Shown one piece after another: positions 32,260 to 40,209 of a stretch of 64,000 nucleotides of DNA. This DNA is from Curvibacter sp. Its GTDB lineage: Bacteria; Pseudomonadota; Gammaproteobacteria; Burkholderiales; Burkholderiaceae_C. The notes beneath the pieces are model-generated. The model did not search any database. It had not been told where the DNA came from and saw only the letters and a list, made by a program, of their open reading frames with translations. The position numbers and the translations under genes are program-made. Where the stretch lies: positions 41-64,040 of the forward strand of contig JAHRYV010000013.1 in assembly GCA_020621965.1 (NCBI GenBank). The letters run 5' to 3'. Position 1 is the first letter of the stretch, and each line of letters begins with the position of its first letter.

Positions 32260-33468
32260 ATGAAAATCGCACTCCGTCAACTCGAAGGCCGCAGCGCCGG
32301 CTACTACGCCCTGGTGGCCGTGCTGGCCCTGGTCAGCACCGTCGGCCTGCTGGCCGCCTGGTACATGGAGCACCACGGCCACCACGTCACCGGCATGAAC
32401 AACCAGATCGTCTGGGGCATCCCGCACGTGTTTGCCGTGTTCCTGGTGGTGGCCGCCTCGGGCGCGCTCAACGTCGCCTCGGTGGCCTCGGTGTTCGGCA
32501 AGACGGCCTACAAGCCGCTGGCCCCGCTCTCGGCCCTGCTGGCCATCGCCCTGCTGGCCGGCGGCCTGGCCGTACTGATGCTCGATCTGGGCCGGCCCGA
32601 CCGCCTGATCGTGGCCATGACGCACTACAACTTCAAGTCCATCTTCGCCTGGAACGTGGTGCTCTACTCCGGCTTCATGGGCCTGGTGGTGGCGTATCTG
32701 TGGACCATGATGGAGCGGCGCATGAACGTGTACTCCACGTACGCGGGCCTGGCCGCTTTTGTGTGGCGCCTGCTGCTCACCACCGGTACCGGCTCCATCT
32801 TCGGTTTTCTGGTGGGCCGCCAGGCCTTCGGCTCGGCGCTGCTGGGGCCGATGTTCATCGTCTACTCGCTGTCCTACGGCCTGGCCATCTTCCTGCTGGT
32901 GCTGCTGGCCGTGAGCCGCTGGACGGAGCGCCCGCTGGACGCCGCCATGCAGGCCCGCCTCACCCGTTTGCTGGCCGTCTTCGTCGCCTGCGCCGCCTAC
33001 TTCGTGCTGGTCTACCACCTGACCAACCTCTACTTCGCCAAGCAGCACGGGCTGGAGCGTTTCCTGCTGGTCGACGGCGGCCTGTACCCGCAGCTGTTCT
33101 GGCTGGGCCAGCTCGGCCTGGGCAGCCTGCTGCCGCTGGCCCTGCTGCTGGCACCGCAAACCCGCGCCTCGCGTGGCGCGCTGGTGCTGGCCGCGCTGCT
33201 GGTCATCGGCGGCGGGCTGGCCCAGATGTACGTCACCATCATCGGCAGCCAGGCCTACCCGCTGCAGATCTTCCCCGGCTACGAGGTGAGCAGCAGCTTC
33301 GCCGACGGCGTGGTCAACCACTACACGCCCAGCCTGCCCGAGTGGCTGCTGGGCATCGGCGGCATGGGCATCGTCGGCATCATGGTGGTGCTGGCGCTCA
33401 AGTGGCTGGCCTTCCTGCCGCAGCGGCTGGACGAATTCCCGTCCGACTCGGTCGGCGCGGCCCACTGA
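32260..33468 (+). CDS. dsrP: DsrP NrfD-family membrane protein
   Basis: VTGM.NQIVWG, DLGRPDRL, about 10 TM. Confidence 0.93.
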   Translation: MKIALRQLEGRSAGYYALVAVLALVSTVGLLAAWYMEHHGHHVTGMNNQIVWGIPHVFAVFLVVAASGALNVASVASVFGKTAYKPLAPLSALLAIALLAGGLAVLMLDLGRPDRLIVAMTHYNFKSIFAWNVVLYSGFMGLVVAYLWTMMERRMNVYSTYAGLAAFVWRLLLTTGTGSIFGFLVGRQAFGSALLGPMFIVYSLSYGLAIFLLVLLAVSRWTERPLDAAMQARLTRLLAVFVACAAYFVLVYHLTNLYFAKQHGLERFLLVDGGLYPQLFWLGQLGLGSLLPLALLLAPQTRASRGALVLAALLVIGGGLAQMYVTIIGSQAYPLQIFPGYEVSSSFADGVVNHYTPSLPEWLLGIGGMGIVGIMVVLALKWLAFLPQRLDEFPSDSVGAAH

Positions 33469-33478
33469 GATCCACATC

Positions 33479-34909
33479 ATGAACCGCCTGCTCGTCTCGG
33501 CTGCGCACAAGTCGTCGGGCAAGACCACGGTCACGCTGGGCCTGTGCGCCGCTTTGAGCGCGCAGGGCCAGCGCGTGCAGCCCTTCAAGAAGGGGCCCGA
33601 CTACATCGACCCCATGTGGCTGGCGCAGGCCAGCGGCCGGCCCTGCTACAACCTCGACCCCTACCTGATGACGGCGGCGCAGATCCGCGCCCTGTTCGGG
33701 CAGCACGCCCAGCACGCCGACATCAACATCGTCGAAGGCAACAAGGGCCTGTACGACGGCCTGGCCCTGGACGGCAGCAACAGCAACGCGGCCCTGGCCC
33801 ATATGCTGGAGCTGCCGGTGTTGCTGGTGCTCGACGCGCGCGGCATGACCCGCGGCATCGCCCCGCTGATCCTGGGTTACCAGGCCTTCGACAAGAACCT
33901 GCGCATCGCCGGCGTCATCCTGAATCGCCTGGGCGGCAGCCGGCACGAAGCCAAGCTGCGCGCCGTGATCGAGCACTACACCGACGTGCCGGTGCTCGGC
34001 GCCATCGCCGAGGACGAGGCGCTGGCCGTGACCGAACGGCACCTCGGCCTCATGCCCAGCAACGAACATGCGCAGGCCGAGTTACAGGTGCGGCGCATCG
34101 GCGAGCGCATCGCCGCCCAGGTGGACCTGCAGGCCGTGCGCGCACTGGCGACCAGCGCCCCGCGCTTCACGCCCGAGCCGGCGAGCGCGCCGGTGCCGGC
34201 GGTGCCCGCCGCGCAGCGTGTGCGCATCGCCATCGCACGCGACCAGGCCTTCGGCTTTTATTACCCCGATGACCTGCAGGCCCTGGAAGCGGCCGGCGCC
34301 GAGCTGCTGCCCGTCGACACCCTGCGCGACGCCGCCCTGCCCGCCAACATCGACGGCCTTTTCATCGGCGGTGGTTTTCCCGAACTCTTCCTGCCCGAAC
34401 TGCAGGCCAACGCCGCGCTGCGCGCGCAGATCGCCGACGCCATCGAGGCCGGCCTGCCGGTTTATGCCGAATGCGGCGGCCTGATGTACCTGGCGCGCTC
34501 CATCAGCTGGCAGGGCCAGACGGGCCGCATGGTGGGGGCCATCCCGGGCGACGTGGTCATGCACAAGAAACCCGTGGGTCGCGGCTACGTGAGCCTGGCC
34601 GCCAGCGCCGCCATGCCCTGGCCAGGCCTGCAGGGCCAGCCCGTACGCGGCCACGAATTCCATTACTCGGCCCTCGACGGCCTGCCCGCGGACCAGCCCT
34701 ATGCCTGGGGCGTGACGCGGGGCTACGGCATCGACGGCCGCGTGGACGGCGTCGTCCACCGCAACGTGCTGGCCGGCTACGCCCATCTGCGCAGCCTGGG
34801 CCCCGAGGGCTGGGCGCCGGCCTTTGTCGATTTCGTGCGCCGCTGCCGCAACACCGCCGCCGCGACGGCCACCCCCCACAAGAAGGAAACCGCAGGAGCC
34901 GCATCATGA
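33479..34909 (+). CDS. dsrN: DsrN siroheme amidase (cobyrinate a,c-diamide synthase family)
   Basis: KSSGKTT, FKKGPDYIDP, YAECGG, HEFHYS; within the dsr operon. Confidence 0.92.
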   Translation: MNRLLVSAAHKSSGKTTVTLGLCAALSAQGQRVQPFKKGPDYIDPMWLAQASGRPCYNLDPYLMTAAQIRALFGQHAQHADINIVEGNKGLYDGLALDGSNSNAALAHMLELPVLLVLDARGMTRGIAPLILGYQAFDKNLRIAGVILNRLGGSRHEAKLRAVIEHYTDVPVLGAIAEDEALAVTERHLGLMPSNEHAQAELQVRRIGERIAAQVDLQAVRALATSAPRFTPEPASAPVPAVPAAQRVRIAIARDQAFGFYYPDDLQALEAAGAELLPVDTLRDAALPANIDGLFIGGGFPELFLPELQANAALRAQIADAIEAGLPVYAECGGLMYLARSISWQGQTGRMVGAIPGDVVMHKKPVGRGYVSLAASAAMPWPGLQGQPVRGHEFHYSALDGLPADQPYAWGVTRGYGIDGRVDGVVHRNVLAGYAHLRSLGPEGWAPAFVDFVRRCRNTAAATATPHKKETAGAAS

Positions 34910-35286
34910 CCGAAGCCCCGCCGCGCCCCGAACTGAAAGACGCCTTCACCCGCGTGCTGCTCGTCCAGGGCCGGCCCGTGCTGACCGACTCCGAGGGTTA
35001 TCTGCGCGACCTCAGCGACTGGTCGGAAGACTTCGTGCGCGCCCTGGCCCAGCAGGAGGGACTGACACTGACCGACGAGCACTGGCAAATCATCCGCTAC
35101 CTGCGCGAGTTCTACGCCGAGCACGGCGTGCAGGCCCAGGTGCGCGCCATGATCAAGCACTTCACCGAACGCTGGGGTCCCGAGCGCGGCAACAACCATT
35201 ACCTGCACGAGCTGTTCCCGCGCGGCGGGCCGCAAAAGCAGGGCAACCGCCTGGCCGGCCTGTTGCGCACCAAGGGCGAACACTGA
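34906..35286 (+). CDS. Second Cys-less DsrC/TusE paralogue (RspA-type)
   Basis: TDSEGYL...LTDEHW.II.YLR...GGPQKQGNRLAGL; ends KGEH. Confidence 0.88.
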   Translation: MTEAPPRPELKDAFTRVLLVQGRPVLTDSEGYLRDLSDWSEDFVRALAQQEGLTLTDEHWQIIRYLREFYAEHGVQAQVRAMIKHFTERWGPERGNNHYLHELFPRGGPQKQGNRLAGLLRTKGEH

Positions 35287-35311
35287 CAAGAGACTGAAGA
35301 GGAGCAAGACC

Positions 35312-35701
35312 ATGTTCACAATCACCAGCGCCGCGGCGCAACAGATCGCACAGGCCGCGCAGGACGCCGGGGCCCAGGACGCCGTGCTGCGCGTGGCCGC
35401 CCGCCGCGAGGCCGACGGCTCCATCGGTTACGGCATGGGTTTCGACGACGTCGAAGACGGCGACATGCGCCTGCAGATCCAGGACGTGCACATCGTCATC
35501 GCCCCGCACCACGCGGACCTGCTGGAAGACACGGTGCTCGACTTCGTCGAACTCGAACCCGGCCAGTACAACTTCATCTTCGCCCCGCAAGAGGCCGAGC
35601 TGGCCGGCGGCAGTGCCGGCGGCTGCAGCACCGGGGGTGGCTGTGGCAGCGGCGGTTGCGGCGGCGGCAGTGGCGGCTGCAGCAGCAAGGGAGGCGTGTG
35701 A
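35312..35701 (+). CDS. dsrR: DsrR (IscA/HesB-like) with Gly/Cys-rich tail
   Basis: ITSAAAQQI, LRVAA...DGSI.YGMGFD, LDFVELEPG..NFIF. Confidence 0.85.
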   Translation: MFTITSAAAQQIAQAAQDAGAQDAVLRVAARREADGSIGYGMGFDDVEDGDMRLQIQDVHIVIAPHHADLLEDTVLDFVELEPGQYNFIFAPQEAELAGGSAGGCSTGGGCGSGGCGGGSGGCSSKGGV

Positions 35702-36543
35702 TGAACGCCCGTCATATCGCGCCGGCCCCGCGCGGCCGCGTCTACCTGGTGGGCGCCGGCCCGGGCGACCCGGAGCTGCTGACCCTCAAGGCCGTGCGCC
35801 TGCTCGAACGCGCCGACGCCATCGTCTATGACAACCTGGTCTCCAGCGGCGTGCTGGACTTCGCCCGCCCCGAAGCGCAGCGCATCTACGCCGGCAAGCG
35901 CCGCAACGAACACACCATGCGCCAGGAGCAGATCAACGCCCTGCTGGTGCAGCTGGCGCGCGAAGGCAAGCAGGTGGTGCGCTTGAAGGGCGGCGACCCC
36001 TTCGTCTTCGGCCGCGGCGGCGAAGAGATGCAGGAACTGGCCGCGCATGGCGTGGACTTCGAAGTCGTGCCCGGCATCACCGCCGCCTGCGGCGTCGCCA
36101 GCTACGCCGGCATCCCGCTCACCCACCGCGACCACGCGCAGGTGGCCATGTTCGTCACCGGCCACCTGAAGGAAGGCAGCGTCGCCGACCTGGACTGGGA
36201 AGCCCTGGTGCGCCCCAACCAGACCGTGGTGATCTACATGGGCCTCAACGCCCTGCCCGACATCTGCCGCCAGCTCATGGCGCACGGCGCGCCCAGCACC
36301 CGGCCCATCGCCGCCGTGCAGCACGGCACCCTGGCCACGCAGCAGGTGCTGACCGGCACGCTGGCCGACCTGCCCGCCAAGGTGGCCAGCAGCGGCTTCA
36401 CCTCACCCAGCCTGCTGATCGTGGGCGACGTGGTCAAGCTGCACGGCAGCCTGCACTGGTTCGACCCGGCTCTGGGCGACACCAGCAAGCTCACACACAG
36501 CGTACCGATGCAGCTGCCGATCAATCCGGCGGCGGCGAACTAA
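35701..36543 (+). CDS. cobA: Uroporphyrinogen-III C-methyltransferase (CysG methyltransferase domain only)
   Basis: LVGAGPGDPELLT, RLKGGDPF.FGRGGEE, GIPLTHR. Confidence 0.92.
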   Translation: MNARHIAPAPRGRVYLVGAGPGDPELLTLKAVRLLERADAIVYDNLVSSGVLDFARPEAQRIYAGKRRNEHTMRQEQINALLVQLAREGKQVVRLKGGDPFVFGRGGEEMQELAAHGVDFEVVPGITAACGVASYAGIPLTHRDHAQVAMFVTGHLKEGSVADLDWEALVRPNQTVVIYMGLNALPDICRQLMAHGAPSTRPIAAVQHGTLATQQVLTGTLADLPAKVASSGFTSPSLLIVGDVVKLHGSLHWFDPALGDTSKLTHSVPMQLPINPAAAN

Positions 36544-36642
36544 GCTCATCCCTGACTGGCGCACCATTCCCCATCCGAGGGATGCGAGCGCCCGCCGTTG
36601 CTGTCTAGAATCCTTGTCAGAACAAATCGACAGGGAGGACAC

Positions 36643-37923
36643 ATGGCACTGGCTCACCACGCCCGCATCGCGGCGCTCTGGCTTTGCGCCGTCGGCATGG
36701 CACACGCTGCCAGCTTCGATTGCGTCCACGCTTCCAGCTCGGTGGAAAAGTACATCTGTGACACGCCGCAACTATCGAAGCTGAACGATGAACTAACGAC
36801 CGCCTATGCCCAGGCGCTGAAACAGACCCTGGCCCCCGAGTCCCTAAAGAAGCAACAGCGCGGCTGGCTAAACAATGTCCGCAATCGCTGCGACAGTGTG
36901 GAATGCCTGCAGCAGGCGTACGCAGCAAGATTAAAGCAGCTGGCCGCACCCGAGGCATTGACACAACGACGATCCACGGATGTGTCTGACGAAGCCGCGG
37001 ATTGCCAAATAGTCGCCGACTTCTCAAATCGAGGCGAATTGCAGCTGCTCGGCGTCGATTTCATCAAGCGCACTCTCAGCGAGGAACAGATTAAGCAGAC
37101 ATTCGGAGAGCACGCTGTGTCGCCATACGGCATCTACAGCTATTGGTCCGTCGACATGAATCTCGACGGAGCACCGGACCATCTGCTTATCTCCACGGGC
37201 GGTTCAATGGCCGTGAATTACGCATACGGGCGATCCGGCAAGATGGATTCGGAAGTGACAGAGGTCGACAATCCAGCAATGGGTGATTTCGACCTGTCAT
37301 TTCTCGCTGTCGGCGGTAGATACTATCTGCTCACGCATTTCGAAGATCACCTAAGCCAGCTATTGCGCATGGATAGCGACGGGCGGTTCCAAAAGATCTG
37401 CAGTTTCGCAAGACGTGCCGAACCCATGGTCACTCTCGTCAAGGGAAAGATGAATCCTTTGTGCGCCAAGGTCGGCCAAGACCTGGTTGAGTACGTCGAC
37501 TACAACCTGAGGCACACCATCGACAGACTGCCAGAGAAGGAAATATTCTGGTCGAAACATCCGCGTGAAGGTGTCGCCAGGGTCGACATCAACAACGATG
37601 GTCGTATCGACAACGTTGTTCTCGTCGACTTCATTCATGGTGGGGAACGCAATATGTGGCGCGGCTGTGATGCGACTTACATCGCGGTCACGGACAGCCG
37701 GCGAACAACCATCCCTGATTCAGAATTGAATCGCCTGCTGCTGGAAAGCCTTGGAGGCTATCCTTGCGGCCCCAACCAGTCGGTGTTTGTCGACAACGGA
37801 ACGGCGTATATCGACGCTCAGGAACGGTCAGGTAGTCGGAAGATCCACGTGATCAAAGGCCAACAGGCCAAGACAGTCTGTGAATTCCGTGGCCGGCTCC
37901 TCCACGATGTGAAGGAAGACTGA
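36643..37923 (+). CDS. Secreted protein with N-terminal LprI/DUF1311 domain
   Basis: signal peptide, ASFDC..A...EK.IC, QR.WL..RN.C....CL; atypical codon usage. Confidence 0.8.
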   Translation: MALAHHARIAALWLCAVGMAHAASFDCVHASSSVEKYICDTPQLSKLNDELTTAYAQALKQTLAPESLKKQQRGWLNNVRNRCDSVECLQQAYAARLKQLAAPEALTQRRSTDVSDEAADCQIVADFSNRGELQLLGVDFIKRTLSEEQIKQTFGEHAVSPYGIYSYWSVDMNLDGAPDHLLISTGGSMAVNYAYGRSGKMDSEVTEVDNPAMGDFDLSFLAVGGRYYLLTHFEDHLSQLLRMDSDGRFQKICSFARRAEPMVTLVKGKMNPLCAKVGQDLVEYVDYNLRHTIDRLPEKEIFWSKHPREGVARVDINNDGRIDNVVLVDFIHGGERNMWRGCDATYIAVTDSRRTTIPDSELNRLLLESLGGYPCGPNQSVFVDNGTAYIDAQERSGSRKIHVIKGQQAKTVCEFRGRLLHDVKED

Positions 37924-37963
37924 GCTCGCGAGACCAGGGGCCAAACGCCGATTGTCTGAATTC

Positions 37964-38656
37964 CTACCCCGGCTTGCGCGTCTCGCCGCCCGGCTGCCCA
38001 CCCTCACCCGCCGTCCGATGCTCAAACGCAAACACCGCCGCCTCCACCCGTGAGCCCAGGTCCAGCTTGGCCATGATGTGGCGCACGTGCAGCTTGACGG
38101 TGTTGTGGCTGATATCCAGCGCCTGGGCGATGACCTTGTTGCTTTTGCCGCGCGCCACGTGCTCCAGCACCTCGCGCTCGCGCTCGGTCAGGCTGTCGAC
38201 CAGGTCGCGCTTGACGCTGCCTTTCTGGCCGCTTTGCCACATCTGGGCCAGCTTGATGGCCATGGTGGGGGCCACCACCAGTTCGCCGCGGGCGGCGCGC
38301 TGGATGGATTCGATCACCTCGTCGGGTTCCATGTCCTTGAGCAGGTAACCGCGCACGCCGGCGCGCAGGGCGCTGGCCAGGTCTTCTTCGGCGGTGCACA
38401 TGGTGAGGATGACCACCGGGGTTTCCAGGCCCTCGGCACGCAGGGCGCGCAGCACGCTCAGGCCGTCGATATTGCCCAGCCGCAGGTCCAACAGCACCAG
38501 GTCCGGCTGGTGCTGGCGCACCAGGGCCACGGCCTCGTCGACCTTGCCGGTATCGCCCAGCACCTGCATGGCGCCGCGACCGCGCAGCAGATCGGCCAGG
38601 CCGCTGCGCAGCACGGCGTGGTCATCGACCAAGACCAGACGCACCGGCTCCGTCAT
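37964..38656 (-). CDS. NarL-family response regulator
   Basis: VDDH receiver, GYLLKDMEP, LuxR HTH LTERE...SNKVIA...TVK.HV. Confidence 0.93.
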   Translation of the reverse strand: MTEPVRLVLVDDHAVLRSGLADLLRGRGAMQVLGDTGKVDEAVALVRQHQPDLVLLDLRLGNIDGLSVLRALRAEGLETPVVILTMCTAEEDLASALRAGVRGYLLKDMEPDEVIESIQRAARGELVVAPTMAIKLAQMWQSGQKGSVKRDLVDSLTEREREVLEHVARGKSNKVIAQALDISHNTVKLHVRHIMAKLDLGSRVEAAVFAFEHRTAGEGGQPGGETRKPG

Positions 38657-39849
38657 GCGTCACCCTGGCGCGGTGCCGCGAAAGGCACCGTCAGGCGCAT
38701 GCGGGTGCCGCCGCCGCCGCGCAGGCCGATCTCGACCACGCCGCCCAGGCGCTGGGCGCGCTCCTGCATGATGCCCAGGCCGAAGTGGGCACTGCCGTCG
38801 GGCGCCAGGGCGGCGAGACCGCGGCCATCGTCCTCGACGCGCACGTCCAGATGGCTGCCGCGGTGGCTGAGCTTGAGCCAGGCCTGGCTGGCCTGCGCAT
38901 GGCGGCAGACGTTGGCCAGGGCCTCCTGGATGATGTAGAAAACCTGCACCTCCTGCTCCACCGTCAGGCCCAGGTCGCTGGCCTCGCACTGCAGCTGCAG
39001 GGGAAAACCGGCACGCTGCTGGAATTCGGTGGCCAGCCCCCGCACGGCGTGCAGCAGACCCTGCGGGTCCATGGTGGCGCGGAAGTTGGTCATGATCTCG
39101 CGCAGGTTGCACTGGATGCTGCCCATGGCCTGCTCGACGTCGGTGAAGTATTTCTGCGAGAGCTGGTCGTCGTGCGCCTGCATGGCGTCCTGCAGCAGGG
39201 GCAGGCGCATGTTCACGAAAGCCAGGCTCTGGGCGATGCTGTCGTGCACCTCGCTGGCCAGGAACTTGCGCTCGCTCATCACCGTGCTGCGCAGGGTCTC
39301 GCGCTCCAGCCGGGCGTTGTGCAGCGCCAGGCCCAGCAGTTCGCCGATGGAACGCAGCACGATCTGCACGTCGGCGCCGAGCTCGGCCTCGCTGTCGAAG
39401 AAGAGGTTGTACAGGCCCAGCAGGCGGCCGCGGTGGCGCAGCGCCACGGCCACCATGCGCCGGCAGTCCTGGTAGAAGCGCGCATCGGTGGGGTGGTGGC
39501 GCGCGCAGGAACTCATGTCGGCGCTCCAGGCCGGGGCGTCGCTGTCGGCGGCCTCGCCGCAGGTGCCGCAGTTGCGGTCCACCGAGAGTTCGGCCAGGCG
39601 CACCGCGGGCGGCAGGCCGATGTCGCCGACCATGCGCATGTGGGCCCCGTCTTCGGACAGGATGCGTACCACGCCGGCCTGGGCGCCGGCCAGGCGCACG
39701 ATGGGCGCCAGAAACTGGCTCAGCAGGGTTTCGAGTTCCCGCCCATTGCTCAAGCCGGCGGTGATTTCCGCCAACAGGCTGGCCACCGGTGGGGCTTCGG
39801 CCGACACCGGGTTCACGGCAACGCCGGCGGGATGAAGCGCAGACCTCAT
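38653..39849 (-). CDS. Soluble NarX-like GAF-HisKA_3 histidine kinase
   Basis: GAF with CGTCG; EVHDSIAQSL H-box; QEALAN, EDDGRG, HFGL.IM.ERA; no TM seen. Confidence 0.9.
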   Translation of the reverse strand: MRSALHPAGVAVNPVSAEAPPVASLLAEITAGLSNGRELETLLSQFLAPIVRLAGAQAGVVRILSEDGAHMRMVGDIGLPPAVRLAELSVDRNCGTCGEAADSDAPAWSADMSSCARHHPTDARFYQDCRRMVAVALRHRGRLLGLYNLFFDSEAELGADVQIVLRSIGELLGLALHNARLERETLRSTVMSERKFLASEVHDSIAQSLAFVNMRLPLLQDAMQAHDDQLSQKYFTDVEQAMGSIQCNLREIMTNFRATMDPQGLLHAVRGLATEFQQRAGFPLQLQCEASDLGLTVEQEVQVFYIIQEALANVCRHAQASQAWLKLSHRGSHLDVRVEDDGRGLAALAPDGSAHFGLGIMQERAQRLGGVVEIGLRGGGGTRMRLTVPFAAPRQGDA

Positions 39850-40134
39850 CTCAGCGGCCTCCGTTCAAAACGGCAGCACTGACGCAAGCGGGCATACAAG
39901 TCTCACTATGCACCTGAAAGGCGCATTGTTTATGGTTATATATTCACGAATCAGTATAGGTATGAATACCCCCTGGGGGAAGGTCGTCCGGCGTCTTTGA
40001 CCCTCAGGTTTTCCCTGACTCGAAGCCTGGCACGGTGCATTTTCATGATCTAGGTCATATGGGAGCGATGGGCGCAGCGGCCCCGGCGGGCCCTCGCACG
40101 AAACGATTTGCTCCACCACCCCGGACATACCCCA

Positions 40135-40203
40135 TAACCCATTTGGGTAAGGGGGCAATTACCCGTGGCGGTAATAGACGTTTTGCTCCGGACTTGCGGT
40201 AAT
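40135..40203 (+). promoter_or_regulatory. soeA promoter with two 7-2-7 boxes
   Basis: TAACCCA-TT-TGGGTAA (40135), TTACCCG-TG-GCGGTAA (40159), TAGACG-N17-GGTAAT. Confidence 0.6.
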
Positions 40204-40209
40204 CCCAGA

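Noticed and set aside
33479-36543. Cobalamin biosynthesis cluster (cobB/cobA)
   Set aside because: Context identifies them as dsrN and the siroheme methyltransferase; no other cob/cbi genes
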